64,000 bases of DNA from Patescibacteria group bacterium (GTDB lineage Bacteria > Patescibacteriota > Minisyncoccia > Minisyncoccales > UBA10102), in NCBI GenBank assembly GCA_024239055.1, contig JANBVJ010000002.1:3874-67873 (forward strand), in the 5' to 3' direction. The notes under the pieces were generated by a model. That model did not search any database and had not been told where the DNA came from. It was given only the letters and a program-made list of their open reading frames with translations. Below are positions 18,171 to 27,694 of the stretch, piece after piece. How positions within the stretch are numbered: position 1 is the first letter of the stretch; each line of letters begins with the position of its first letter. Position numbers and translations under genes: made by a program.

Positions 18171-18445
18171 TTTACCAACCTCTCTATGAAGTAGTCAACC
18201 TTGATTCTCTTTCCTTCTTTGTATTTTTCAGAACCAACAACTCCCAAGTCTATAAGTCGATTGATTGTTCTGTTTGCAGAATGAGAATCAAAATCATAAT
18301 CTGTTTTTAATTCGTACAAAGTCACTCTATCTTTTTTCTTTAGAATGTTGATCATGTCTCTATCCTTTTGAGTCATCTCTGATTCTAGTATCTGTGTAAT
18401 CAGTTGTTCCTTTGATTTGGTTTTTAGTTGTTCTAACAAAGTCAT
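18167..18445 (-). CDS. winged-helix DNA-binding protein
   Basis: DRVTLYELKTDYDFDSHSANRTINRLIDLGVVGSEKYKEGKRIKVDYF fits an HTH plus beta-wing pattern. Confidence 0.5.
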   Translation of the reverse strand: MTLLEQLKTKSKEQLITQILESEMTQKDRDMINILKKKDRVTLYELKTDYDFDSHSANRTINRLIDLGVVGSEKYKEGKRIKVDYFIERLVK

Positions 18446-18702
18446 TTTGTAATCCTCAAACTCTCTTCTAGTGCTTTTCTGTCTAGAACATCTTCAAGTG
18501 TGCTTAGAACTAATTTCTTATTAAGAAAATAATTAGTTCCAGAACAATAGGCTTTGAATACTGTTAAACAAAGATCAAGTAGTTCTTGACTATCTGCATT
18601 AGTTTTTTCATGAATTGGTGCTTCTTCATCTGTAAGCATCCAAGCAGATTTATTGCTTAGATCTTTCAATGCATTTAGTACATCATTTCTGTACAAAGTC
18701 AT
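18442..18702 (-). CDS. hypothetical protein
   Basis: 86-aa ORF, 4-nt overlaps. Confidence 0.4.
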   Translation of the reverse strand: MTLYRNDVLNALKDLSNKSAWMLTDEEAPIHEKTNADSQELLDLCLTVFKAYCSGTNYFLNKKLVLSTLEDVLDRKALEESLRITK

Positions 18703-19739
18703 TTCAATAACCTCTCAAATCTGCCTTTTTCTTTCCATTGTGTTTCTGATTTTAGGAAACCATCGTTGTATGCATGTGCTGTTTTTATCTTCTGGTCTGC
18801 AAGTTGTTTCTCCAAGTCTGCAATTTTATTCTGTAGAATTTCTACAAGATTCTGGTCATTCTTGTTTTCAACTGCCTTTTCAAACAAGTCCTCTTCTGCT
18901 GAGAGTTTTGTTTGAATCTGCTCTAGTTTTTTGAGTTCTTCATCTGCAACTCCGGCTTGCTTTCTCGTGATGTTTGATTCTTCAACATAGATTCTAGATA
19001 CGCCTTGTTTGAATATCTCACCTCTAACAAAGAAGTTTCCTGCTTTAAGATCAAATAATTCATCTGCAACCTTTGGTTCACCTAAGAGTTCTGCAACAAT
19101 TTTTCTGTCTCGAAGTTCTGTAGTCTTACCACAAATTCTATTTGCACATTCTCTTCGTGCCCTTATCTCAACTTCTGAAAGATATTGTGTTGATAATATC
19201 ACTGAGATGTTTAGTTTTCTTGCTCTCTTCGTCAAGTTGATTATTGGATACCTTGAAGGTATGTTTGATCTGTTTGACTTTGTTGGAATGTAGACATCTG
19301 CTTCATCAATTACAATTATTGCTGGATTACCAACTTCTTTACCAAGTGATGAAAATCCTCTGAGGAATTCTCCTACGAATGCTTCTCTGTCATATTGTTC
19401 TTCAAAGTCGTGCAAGTTAACAACTACAGATTTTCCAAGTCTCCTTGTCTGGATTCCTATCTGCTTTGCATGATCTATTGAGAAGATCTTTGGTGTTGCA
19501 TCCTTTGATATTATTTTGAACTTTGGATACTGTAACGGAATCTCAGTGAACTCTTCTTGGTCATCTAAGAAAACCATTTGTACATCAGGTCTTTCCTTCT
19601 GAACTTGTTCTACTATTTTGAGAATCAATGAAGTCTTACCTCCACCTGTCATTGACTGAATGAACGTATGCGTTTTCAATAGTGTTTTTAGATCCAACTC
19701 AAAGACTGAGTTATCTTCTAGATTAGTTCCGAACTTCAA
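18699..19739 (-). CDS. P-loop NTPase, HerA/FtsK-like (DUF87-type)
   Basis: Walker A SMTGGGKTSL; Walker B PAIIVIDEADVYIP; ISVILSTQ sensor-like segment; C-terminal coiled coil. Confidence 0.65.
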   Translation of the reverse strand: MKFGTNLEDNSVFELDLKTLLKTHTFIQSMTGGGKTSLILKIVEQVQKERPDVQMVFLDDQEEFTEIPLQYPKFKIISKDATPKIFSIDHAKQIGIQTRRLGKSVVVNLHDFEEQYDREAFVGEFLRGFSSLGKEVGNPAIIVIDEADVYIPTKSNRSNIPSRYPIINLTKRARKLNISVILSTQYLSEVEIRARRECANRICGKTTELRDRKIVAELLGEPKVADELFDLKAGNFFVRGEIFKQGVSRIYVEESNITRKQAGVADEELKKLEQIQTKLSAEEDLFEKAVENKNDQNLVEILQNKIADLEKQLADQKIKTAHAYNDGFLKSETQWKEKGRFERLLK

Positions 19740-19952
19740 CTAAAATTTCACTCCTTCGATTTGTTTTTTGATCTGTTTTTCTGTATAAGATTTTCCAAAA
19801 CCAGAATCAGTTTGAATTCTCAAACATTCAACTTTTGGGTTTTTTGCTAATCTTCCATCAAGATGTAATGCCCAAAATATTGCATGGTGTTGGTTTTTGA
19901 ATGCTCTAAATACCGTTCCACGATCTCTTACTATCCAAACATAATCAGTCAA
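19740..19952 (-). CDS. hypothetical protein
   Basis: 70-aa ORF. Confidence 0.4.
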   Translation of the reverse strand: MTDYVWIVRDRGTVFRAFKNQHHAIFWALHLDGRLAKNPKVECLRIQTDSGFGKSYTEKQIKKQIEGVKF

Positions 19953-20740
19953 TCTTTATCACTCCTGTCTAACTTTGTGATGTCATCTTTGTGTTTTACA
20001 ACAAGTCTTTTGAAAGCCCATGACAACTCGTTAATCTCATCTTTTGTGTATGAGACTTCGATGCTGTCTGTTTCTTTACCAAGTATGAATGATGGTTCTA
20101 CTTCGTTCTTACTGCACTTTTCACAAACGCATGGAGACCTGTAGTTTATGTTCCAACCTTTTTCAGAAAATACTGCATCTTCATCAAGTCTTGATTCTAA
20201 TGTTTTATCAATCACTTTGATGACTCTCTCTATATCTGTAAGAGTTACTAACATCTCAGTCCTTATTGGATCTAAGAAACCTGCAAACGAGATGATCTCG
20301 TGTTCGTCAATATTATCTATCTTTGCATGTTTGATTACATGAGTCCTTTCTTCAATAATCTTATCAACGTCAAAGTCTGTAACTGCAACACTTACGTTTG
20401 ATCCAACATTAACATCAATAACTGATGCCAAGTGTTTTCCATCTTTTGAAACAGCGAGTACAGTAAACTTGTTTGTCTGTTTGTCTCTGATTTCGTATTC
20501 CTCGTATTCCTTCTTGAATGGTTTTGATTCAAGTCTGTGTAACTTTGCAAGTGCTGACTTTAACAGTCTTACCTGTAATTTACTTTCAGGAATATTCCAA
20601 TAGGTGAGTACGTTTCTTCCTTCTGACTTGTTGTGTTCAAACGTTACTGCAAAGTACAACTCTTTCTTATCACTGTTGAAAACATCTATCCAAATGTTTT
20701 CACTGATGTAGTCCATCTGTGCTTCGTATTGTTTTGTCAA
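19949..20740 (-). CDS. hypothetical protein
   Basis: 263-aa ORF, no motif recognised. Confidence 0.45.
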   Translation of the reverse strand: MTKQYEAQMDYISENIWIDVFNSDKKELYFAVTFEHNKSEGRNVLTYWNIPESKLQVRLLKSALAKLHRLESKPFKKEYEEYEIRDKQTNKFTVLAVSKDGKHLASVIDVNVGSNVSVAVTDFDVDKIIEERTHVIKHAKIDNIDEHEIISFAGFLDPIRTEMLVTLTDIERVIKVIDKTLESRLDEDAVFSEKGWNINYRSPCVCEKCSKNEVEPSFILGKETDSIEVSYTKDEINELSWAFKRLVVKHKDDITKLDRSDKD

Positions 20741-20943
20741 TCTTCTGCATCCACCTTTGCTTGTGCTATTGCAATTTGTCGGTTAATTTTTGGTAATTCT
20801 TCCTCACATTCTTTCCATTCACCAAGCGAAAGTCCTTTGTGTCTTATCATTTGTTCGCATTCTTCTTTTTCTGCTAGTAATTCGTCAAGATCTCTTCTTG
20901 CTCCGACTAATGCACTAATACCTAATGCTCTTTTCCATCCCAT
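20737..20943 (-). CDS. hypothetical protein
   Basis: 68-aa ORF. Confidence 0.4.
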   Translation of the reverse strand: MGWKRALGISALVGARRDLDELLAEKEECEQMIRHKGLSLGEWKECEEELPKINRQIAIAQAKVDAED

Positions 20944-21105
20944 TTAGATTACACCTCCTATAGAGTCAGTTACAATTGGTGTGAACTGTCCAAACCAACT
21001 TGTAACACCTTGTATGAAGGATTTTGGATCTGCAAGTGCTGGATACACTGCAAACGTTGTGATAACTGATCCTGCTAGGAATTTGTAAAAGAATCCAAGT
21101 ACCAT
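20944..21105 (-). CDS. small hydrophobic protein (53 aa, not in ORF track), paralogue of 21728..21892
   Basis: Hand translation MVLGFFYKFLAGSVITTFAVYPALADPKSFIQGVTSWFGQFTPIVTDSIGGVI; TAAATG junctions on both sides. Confidence 0.45.
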   Translation of the reverse strand: MVLGFFYKFLAGSVITTFAVYPALADPKSFIQGVTSWFGQFTPIVTDSIGGVI

Positions 21106-21513
21106 TTAGATTCCCACCTCAATGTAGCCTGCTGGATACGATCTTAGAAGTTCACCAGTTTCACTTTGTTGTTCTTCAATAATCACATTACCCGATGTGT
21201 CTTTCAAGTCTTTGATTCCATCTTCGATTTTACAATATTTGTACAATGAAACATCATAATATCCTCCAAAGTCATTAATTCTCCAACCATTTTGAACTAA
21301 GATGTCAACATCATCTGCAATTTCTTGAAGTCTTTCATACAGTTCAACAGACTTTGCTCTAATCTGTCTTAGAACACTTTTAGTTTGTGTTGCTGATTTG
21401 AACTCCCATTCTGGTTTTCCAAACAATTGAATTGAAATTCTACAGTCAACTTGTGTATCTGGATTGAACTTTGTGTGTATGTCTATTCCGTTTACTGTCT
21501 TTGTTTTACTCAT
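21106..21513 (-). CDS. hypothetical protein
   Basis: 135-aa ORF. Confidence 0.45.
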   Translation of the reverse strand: MSKTKTVNGIDIHTKFNPDTQVDCRISIQLFGKPEWEFKSATQTKSVLRQIRAKSVELYERLQEIADDVDILVQNGWRINDFGGYYDVSLYKYCKIEDGIKDLKDTSGNVIIEEQQSETGELLRSYPAGYIEVGI

Positions 21514-21731
21514 TAGTATCCCATCTCCTTGTACTCTGCTTGTTTGTCATGGTAGAACTCTAAGTCTTGTTTTGAAGGCTTTGATGTTTTCAAGTATTTG
21601 ATATAGTCTGTATTTTGAATGAATATTGGATCAACTTCAAAGTCTAATGACAATTCTTCTTTTGCCTCTCTGAGAGTTCTTGCAGTTATTTCTATTGGAT
21701 AATAGAATACAAAGTTCTTTATCGGTTTCAA
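21513..21731 (-). CDS. hypothetical protein
   Basis: 72-aa ORF, TTG start in TTGA overlap. Confidence 0.4.
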   Translation of the reverse strand: MKPIKNFVFYYPIEITARTLREAKEELSLDFEVDPIFIQNTDYIKYLKTSKPSKQDLEFYHDKQAEYKEMGY

Positions 21732-21892
21732 TTTGTAACTACCTCTGCTACTCCACCAATGTAAGTGAATACTTCGAAGATTTTTCCTCCAATCTCTTTT
21801 GCTGTTTCGAATGTTGCTACTGGATCTATAATCATTGCTGGAACTACGAAGAATCCAACTAGAATTCCTAGAATGAATTTTGCTCCGATCAT
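21728..21892 (-). CDS. small hydrophobic protein (54 aa, not in ORF track)
   Basis: ATGA overlap; MIGAKFILGILVGFFVVPAMIIDPVATFETAKEIGGKIFEVFTYIGGVAEVVTN. Confidence 0.45.
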   Translation of the reverse strand: MIGAKFILGILVGFFVVPAMIIDPVATFETAKEIGGKIFEVFTYIGGVAEVVTN

Positions 21893-22050
21893 TGAACTAG
21901 ACCTCCTTCAATTGCAATTACATGTCTGTCACTTTCTGTCTGTGTTTTGTTTAGACAATATCTGCTAAGTCTGTAATCGTCATTTGTACAAATAGGACAA
22001 TCACATTTTTCTTCCTCCGATTGGTTACGGACATCTTGTTTTTGGTTCAT
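21889..22050 (-). CDS. small zinc-finger protein (53 aa; trimmed from ORF 21889..22272)
   Basis: ATG at 22050 follows the conserved promoter module directly; MNQKQDVRNQSEEEKCDCPICTND... The upstream 74 codons of the tracked ORF read through two regulatory motif copies. Confidence 0.5.
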   Translation of the reverse strand: MNQKQDVRNQSEEEKCDCPICTNDDYRLSRYCLNKTQTESDRHVIAIEGGLVQ

Positions 22051-22058
22051 ACTAAAAT

Positions 22059-22074
22059 GACAGTAGTAGTAGTT
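22059..22074 (-). promoter_or_regulatory. conserved promoter-proximal module AACTACTACTACTGTC (copy 1) with adjacent TATA-like TTTATTAA
   Basis: Identical 16-mer at 22059, 32759 and 38163, each 3-8 nt upstream of an ATG and just downstream of an A/T box. Confidence 0.6.
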
Positions 22075-22163
22075 AATAAAACCGATCACTCTATGTGCGA
22101 AGAAGTGCACAAACAGTTTTTTATATTCAAAATTTTCAAAATTGTGCGTAATGTTTCCAGTGT

Positions 22164-22173
22164 GACACGTACA
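22164..22173 (-). promoter_or_regulatory. GACACGTACA motif copy (intergenic)
   Basis: ttccagtgt|GACACGTACA|catcttaatca; one of two copies 60 bp apart. Confidence 0.6.
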
Positions 22174-22223
22174 CATCTTAATCAAACAAAAAACCTTTCT
22201 TTGCAAAAAAACGTTTCCAACAT

Positions 22224-22233
22224 GACACGTACA
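22224..22233 (-). promoter_or_regulatory. GACACGTACA motif copy (intergenic)
   Basis: ttccaacat|GACACGTACA|catctgcgtg. Confidence 0.6.
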
Positions 22234-22290
22234 CATCTGCGTGAAAAAAATAAAAAATAACGAAGAACTCACTGGAATTTTTACCCTGAC

Positions 22291-22590
22291 TTACCCTAAC
22301 ACATTCACATAGTATTTTCTTGAAACATGCAAAGATGAATCAGCAGTAGCATAAGTTTTAGCAGGGCTACTTGGCATCCCTTTTGGTAATTTACCAGAAG
22401 AATAATACCTATAATATTCTGCTTCGCTTTCAATTCCTAATTTTTTTACAACCTTTTGGGCTTTGTCATAAGGAAATAATTTGATAGGTTCTTTGAGTTC
22501 TCCACTTTCTTTTTGTCTTTTTTTAAGACATCTTCTACATAAATGAACTCCATAATTCCTTCCACAATACATACAACATGTTTCGGTCAT
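22291..22590 (-). CDS. zinc-ribbon protein with one copy of the LPKGxPxxP repeat unit
   Basis: CMYCG...CRRC, then YDKAQKVVKKLGIESEAEYYRYYSSGKLPKGMPSSPAKTY, matching repeats in 23659..24951. Confidence 0.5.
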   Translation of the reverse strand: MTETCCMYCGRNYGVHLCRRCLKKRQKESGELKEPIKLFPYDKAQKVVKKLGIESEAEYYRYYSSGKLPKGMPSSPAKTYATADSSLHVSRKYYVNVLG

Positions 22591-23411
22591 TTTTCTCTTA
22601 ACTCCTTTAGAACTGGTTGTCGAAGTTTGCCCTGTGACTTCATATATTCTACAACTGCTGTCATACCTTTGAGTTTCTTTTTCATTTTTTCTGATTGAGG
22701 ATAGCCAGTGTAGTTGACTTTGCCAACATAGTTTCCTTTCTTATCTTTTAGTTCAAGTGCTGTAATATCCCTCTTCTCAGAAGTAAAACTATCAACAATG
22801 AAATCTCTCTCAAGTTTTTTCTTGAATTTCCTCCAAGTCTCCTGCCTTACTGAATCATAAGTTGATGTTGGTTCTTTTACTACAATTCCTTCCAAGTCCA
22901 ATTTCTCAACTACCTTCAATAGATCTTTTGACTTCCATTGTGATATTAGAGTAAAAGGACTCTTTGGAATTTGTTCTAGTATTTTTCTTCTTTCTGTAAA
23001 TGGTTTTTTAGTTAGATCTTTTCCTTCAAATTTTAAAATATCAAATGCCACGAATGTAGCCGGATTTTTGTTTGATAGTAATGAAATCTTCATTTGGTTT
23101 AGTAGGTGCATTCTCTTTTGAATTGCTGGAAAGTTTGCAATTAAAGGAGTATCCAATATGCAGATCTCACCATCAATTATTGTGTCTGGTTCTAATGCCA
23201 TTGATTCTACTGCTTTACTAATGACCTCTGGAAATTGTACTGACTTTGGTTTTCCATCATCTCTAATTAGGGTAATGTCTTTAATTCCTCGTTCTTGATA
23301 GCCTACTGACATGAAACAACGCATCCCATCCATTTTTGGTTCTGCAATCCAGTCATTGAATGACCCAATCTTATCCCAATAATCTAGAAATGGTTTTGAA
23401 AAATTAGTCAA
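22587..23411 (-). CDS. lig: ATP-dependent DNA ligase (minimal, 274 aa)
   Basis: Motif I EPKMDGMR (KxDG), motif III IIDGEI, IIIa FVAFDIL, IV EGIVVK, V WRKFKKK; C-terminal OB-like region ending LRQPVLKELR. Confidence 0.85.
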   Translation of the reverse strand: MTNFSKPFLDYWDKIGSFNDWIAEPKMDGMRCFMSVGYQERGIKDITLIRDDGKPKSVQFPEVISKAVESMALEPDTIIDGEICILDTPLIANFPAIQKRMHLLNQMKISLLSNKNPATFVAFDILKFEGKDLTKKPFTERRKILEQIPKSPFTLISQWKSKDLLKVVEKLDLEGIVVKEPTSTYDSVRQETWRKFKKKLERDFIVDSFTSEKRDITALELKDKKGNYVGKVNYTGYPQSEKMKKKLKGMTAVVEYMKSQGKLRQPVLKELREK

Positions 23412-23662
23412 TTGTAACCTTCTCCTATCTTTGGTTTTTCTACTTGCTGTTCTAAAATTGAAACTGCACTCAATAACTCATCTCTAAGTAGTTTTGCAAT
23501 TCTTCTTACAGTCGGTCTTGGAATACCTATCTCGTTAACTACTTTGCTGTATAGTTCTTGTTTGTCAGTTACACCTTTTTTGATATAACTCATAATAATT
23601 TCTTTTACTATTTTTTGTTGGTTAGGAGTTCCCAAATAACCTGTCTTACTATCAAAAGTCAT
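23408..23662 (-). CDS. small HTH DNA-binding protein (paralogue of 3829..4035)
   Basis: VVNEIGIPRPTVRRIAKLLRDELL. Confidence 0.55.
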   Translation of the reverse strand: MTFDSKTGYLGTPNQQKIVKEIIMSYIKKGVTDKQELYSKVVNEIGIPRPTVRRIAKLLRDELLSAVSILEQQVEKPKIGEGYN

Positions 23663-24951
23663 TTTGTTCCTCTCCTATAGCAACTCATTGTTTCTCTTTC
23701 ATTCTGATTTTTTGAGAAGTATTTATCTGGATTTCTTGGCATATTCGATGGTAATTTTCCTTTTCTTCTTAATTCAGAAAATTGCAGTGCTGTTTTTATC
23801 CCAATTTTTTTACAGTAATCACTTGCTTCTTCAAATGTCATAAGTTCTTCTCTTTGAAGAAAACTATGCCAACCTTTCCATTCTTTTTTGAAAAAGATTC
23901 TTGGGTTTCTTGTTAGACCTTTTGGTTTATTTTTAAATGCATGAAATTCCCCACTTGTCTGAATATCATTTTGTCTGCACCAATCACTTGCCTGTTTGTA
24001 TGTAAATTCGTCTTTGTATAGCAATTCTGACCAATGTTTTTTATATTGTTTAAGTGGACTTGATGGCATTGTTTTTGGTAGTATTCCTTTTCCCTTTAAT
24101 TCAAAGAATTGAATCTGTGATGTTACTTTGTGTTTTATAATTAATTTTCTTGCTTGTTCAAATGTCAGGAATTTTATTTTCTTAGTTCCGAAGAAATCAT
24201 AATAAGTTCTCCATTCTTTTTTGTACATTCTTCGTACATTGACTGAAAAAGATTTTGGTAATAATCCACTTTTCTTTGCTTCTAACAATTGTTTAAATGA
24301 TGTAATTTTATATCTCCTAACTGTTTTTTTATGTTCTTCAAAACTCATAATTTCTCTTTTCTTTACTTTCTTTACAATTATTTTCTTTACAATTCCAGAA
24401 TCCCATTTGCTGTTCTTATTTCCTGTTAAGAAATGATTCCAGTTTATCCATCCTTTGTTTTTGTAATATCTTTGTGGTTGTTTTAGTAATTTGTTTAATT
24501 CTTTATACTTTCTTACATTTTTAGTATAATCACTATATGATTTGAATTTGTATGGTATTACTAATTTTTGAGATTCTTTGTATGAAAGTGGGTTAGTGTT
24601 TAAAAAAATTTCCCAACCTTCCCATTGATCTCTATATTGAAAACAACAATCAGGTGATTTAGGAAAACCTTTTGGTTTTGGCGTTCTTACATATTCTCTC
24701 ATACTTTTAATTTTGTTATCTTGTGCCCATTGCTTGACAATATCATATTCTATGAATTTTTTTGCTTTTGAACCACCTCTTCCCACTCTTCCCTTTCTTG
24801 AATAGAAACTACTTGGATCACTTGGTAATCCTTTTGGTAATTTTTTTGCACTAAATAGTTTATTGTAATGTGTATAACTTTCAATTCCTAATTCTTGAAC
24901 TACAGTTTGAGCATCATTATACGATAAGATTGTAGAGGATCTACCTTTCAA
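23659..24951 (-). CDS. tandem-repeat protein (about seven 55-60-aa repeats)
   Basis: Recurring units such as YNDAQTVVQELGIESYTHYNKLFSAKKLPKGLPSDPSSFY and FEEASDYCKKIGIKTALQFSELRRKGKLPSNMPRNPDKYF, several ending W.GW..FL. Confidence 0.6.
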   Translation of the reverse strand: MKGRSSTILSYNDAQTVVQELGIESYTHYNKLFSAKKLPKGLPSDPSSFYSRKGRVGRGGSKAKKFIEYDIVKQWAQDNKIKSMREYVRTPKPKGFPKSPDCCFQYRDQWEGWEIFLNTNPLSYKESQKLVIPYKFKSYSDYTKNVRKYKELNKLLKQPQRYYKNKGWINWNHFLTGNKNSKWDSGIVKKIIVKKVKKREIMSFEEHKKTVRRYKITSFKQLLEAKKSGLLPKSFSVNVRRMYKKEWRTYYDFFGTKKIKFLTFEQARKLIIKHKVTSQIQFFELKGKGILPKTMPSSPLKQYKKHWSELLYKDEFTYKQASDWCRQNDIQTSGEFHAFKNKPKGLTRNPRIFFKKEWKGWHSFLQREELMTFEEASDYCKKIGIKTALQFSELRRKGKLPSNMPRNPDKYFSKNQNERETMSCYRRGTK

Positions 24952-25226
24952 TTTCTATTCCCCTTCTCTGTTTTGATCTCCATGAAAATATCATTATGCT
25001 TTTTTATTATATCTCCTGCAAATTTTACTGCGTTGAAATGTTCTTCAAGTCTTAATCTCATTTGAAAATCATAGATGGGATCATCTTCTAACAATGCGAA
25101 CTTAGTAAATCCAAAGGATTCTAGAATTTCTCTTGCTTTACTGTTAGTTGTCTTTGCTTTGTAAATAGAAAATTTATAGATAAATGGTATTTTTGGTTCT
25201 GATTTACCCTCTATGAAAGGTGTCAT
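24948..25226 (-). CDS. hypothetical protein
   Basis: 92-aa ORF. Confidence 0.4.
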   Translation of the reverse strand: MTPFIEGKSEPKIPFIYKFSIYKAKTTNSKAREILESFGFTKFALLEDDPIYDFQMRLRLEEHFNAVKFAGDIIKKHNDIFMEIKTEKGNRN

Positions 25227-27694
25227 TAAATTTCCTCTCCACTCTTCTTCTTGATCACTGGAACTTTTAATTTTCTAGCCTCTTTTCTAGTTGGTAATAG
25301 TGAACTTTCTTTTACTACCATTAGTTCTAACATTGATTTTCTTATTTCTGCTTTCTTTGGCAGTTTTATTTTTTCTGGATTTTCACCATCTGTAACACAT
25401 CGACTTTGTTGATTCTTGTACAGTAATCTATTCCATTTGACCTTTAAATCATATTCAAATACTTTTGTACCACCACGTTGTTTGATTTTTGCCATTATCA
25501 AATGAACCCGAACTCTTGCTTTCTTTGCTCCTTTGCTTTTGCTTCTTCCTTTTCTTATCAATCTTCCAATTACTTGTTCAAACTTTGCATAAGTGAAAGG
25601 ATATACAGCAAAGATTATGTTACCAGATACTTTTTGTAAACCATCAAAACCTTCTGAAAGTGCTGATGAACAAATTAAAACATCTCTACCATTATTGAGG
25701 AATGGATCTTTACCACTTTTTTCTTTTCCTGTATAGATACCTACTGAGTATCCTTTTTCTTCAAGTCTTTGTTGTAACTTTTCTACTATTCCTGTAACAT
25801 ACTCACAATAAATTATGGTTTTTCCTTTTATCCTTTTGATTATTTCAGGGATTTTTCCTTCTAATGCTATCTGTTCATAGTTTAACCAATGCATTTTTTC
25901 TAGGTCTTTTAATGTACAACCTTCTGGTAAGTAAGATGTAACTTCAATCAGATCTTTTTCATTTAATCCAATTACTTCTATATTCAGATTTCCCATAAAT
26001 CTCATACAGTAAGGCAAAAATAGAGTATGAAGGCTTGATGCGTTTCTAACTGTACTTGTTTCTCCAACATTTTCTAATGCTTTCAATAATTCTTTATCAT
26101 TATGAGCACATAACTCTAACATTGATTTGCCTTCTTTGATGTTATTGATTACAGGTGTTGCTGAAAGACATAATACTTTGATATTTTTTAACTTTGCAAG
26201 TTTTCTAATCAAATGATCTACTGAATATCTTCTCAGAGATTTTGTCTCATCATCTCTAACTTTGATGTTTTGTGCTTCATCAAGAATTAGAAAGTCTATT
26301 GGTTCTTGTTTTATTTTTGAAATTGTTGTTCTAACATCTTTGATACTGAATTTTTCATAGTTGATTATATGGTAGTTTGCTACTCCTTTGACAAACTTGT
26401 GTGGTATCTTACCTACTGATATTACTGAATTTGGAAAACACTCCAATAGTTGTTCTCTCCATTGTTCTAAAATCGAATTTGAGCATACTATCAATGTATA
26501 TTTTGAATTTACTACCCTTGTAGATAGAATTCCTGCAATTGTTTTTCCTCTACCTGAACCTGACATGTTAAAGAATCCATCTATCTGTGTCATTATCCAA
26601 GCGTTGAAAAATTGCATTAGTGTTGGCTTGATCTTTGGATTCCAACCATCAGGAACTTTTATGTTTTTTACTTCATCATATTCAGATAAGAAAGTCTTTA
26701 CCACAGTATCATGGAATTTATTTCCATTTAGTTTTTCTTTTTTGATTTTTGCTACTACTGAATTTCTTATTTTATTTTCTTTGCCAACTGCTGATTTCCA
26801 AAAAAACTGACAAGTAATTACTACATGTTGATCAAAGGTTTTTGGATTAAGTGCACTATAATCTATATTTCTAATATCTTTTAGAAGTTTTCTAGCATCT
26901 ATATTATCTTCATCTATTATTTTTGATCTATCTTTTGATTTTGTGATTAAAGTCTGTGTATCTATTTTCTTCCCTTCTGGATTTACAACAATACCTCCAT
27001 CTGTTAATGCCATATTACCATAGGGTTTGTCAAATCTCTCGGTTCTAGCCCAATATAATAACGCCTTTCTACCTTGTGGAGTTTTTCTTAAATCCATAAA
27101 GTTGTTGAAATATGATCTTCTGAATAGATTTTTGTCTTTGAAACAACCCTCTGCATCAAACCATCGATACAAACTCCCATCTGTCCATATCTTGTAAAAT
27201 GACCAGTGTTCTCTTAATCTTATAATTACATCTCTAATTCTTTTTTTATCTACCTCATTTTTATTTTCTGTTCCAAGAAAACCATACCATCCTCCCCTAC
27301 CCTTCCAATCTTCATCAAATACATCTGGTTCCTTAACTCTGGACTTTGATGTTTTAGTTAATTCCTTTGTAAATAATTTTAAGAATTTTTTATCTTCTTT
27401 AGTGGTAACGAATAATTTTCTTTCATTAAAGAATTTTTCCAACTGTTTACTTGTATATTTTGAATATTTTTTACTCCAATTTTTTTGTACTTCGTTTAAT
27501 GCCTTTGTTATTGCTGTTCCTCGTTTCTTTTTTAGGATTCCTGTATAGTGTTTTTCCCACCAAAGTTCTTCAAGGTACTGAGTTCTTTCAACCTTCTTTG
27601 TTTTACCAGTGACACGTACATCATTGAAACCTTTTGGTAATACCTGCCCTGTGCTTAAATCAATTTTATTGTCTAAATCATTTGCCATTGCCAT
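25226..27694 (-). CDS. SNF2/SF2-family helicase (822 aa)
   Basis: Walker A MSGSGRGKTIAG; motif II LILDEAQNIK; motif III LSATPV; motif VI QVIGRLIRKG. The N-terminal region carries W.GW..FLG repeat-like elements. Confidence 0.85.
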   Translation of the reverse strand: MAMANDLDNKIDLSTGQVLPKGFNDVRVTGKTKKVERTQYLEELWWEKHYTGILKKKRGTAITKALNEVQKNWSKKYSKYTSKQLEKFFNERKLFVTTKEDKKFLKLFTKELTKTSKSRVKEPDVFDEDWKGRGGWYGFLGTENKNEVDKKRIRDVIIRLREHWSFYKIWTDGSLYRWFDAEGCFKDKNLFRRSYFNNFMDLRKTPQGRKALLYWARTERFDKPYGNMALTDGGIVVNPEGKKIDTQTLITKSKDRSKIIDEDNIDARKLLKDIRNIDYSALNPKTFDQHVVITCQFFWKSAVGKENKIRNSVVAKIKKEKLNGNKFHDTVVKTFLSEYDEVKNIKVPDGWNPKIKPTLMQFFNAWIMTQIDGFFNMSGSGRGKTIAGILSTRVVNSKYTLIVCSNSILEQWREQLLECFPNSVISVGKIPHKFVKGVANYHIINYEKFSIKDVRTTISKIKQEPIDFLILDEAQNIKVRDDETKSLRRYSVDHLIRKLAKLKNIKVLCLSATPVINNIKEGKSMLELCAHNDKELLKALENVGETSTVRNASSLHTLFLPYCMRFMGNLNIEVIGLNEKDLIEVTSYLPEGCTLKDLEKMHWLNYEQIALEGKIPEIIKRIKGKTIIYCEYVTGIVEKLQQRLEEKGYSVGIYTGKEKSGKDPFLNNGRDVLICSSALSEGFDGLQKVSGNIIFAVYPFTYAKFEQVIGRLIRKGRSKSKGAKKARVRVHLIMAKIKQRGGTKVFEYDLKVKWNRLLYKNQQSRCVTDGENPEKIKLPKKAEIRKSMLELMVVKESSLLPTRKEARKLKVPVIKKKSGEEI
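27611..27620 (-). promoter_or_regulatory. GACACGTACA motif copy, intragenic (5' part of the SNF2 gene)
   Basis: accagt|GACACGTACA|tcattgaaacc, 75-84 nt into the ORF. Confidence 0.4.

Noticed and set aside
22051-22272. 5' extension of ORF 21889..22272 (and the similar ORFs 13346..13570 and 13431..13643) giving peptides with MCTCH/RCTCL
   Set aside because: The extension reads straight through the two intergenic GACACGTACA copies and the TATA/CTACTAC promoter module. The repeated CTC peptide is just the translated motif. The gene was trimmed to ATG 22050 (and to 13477).
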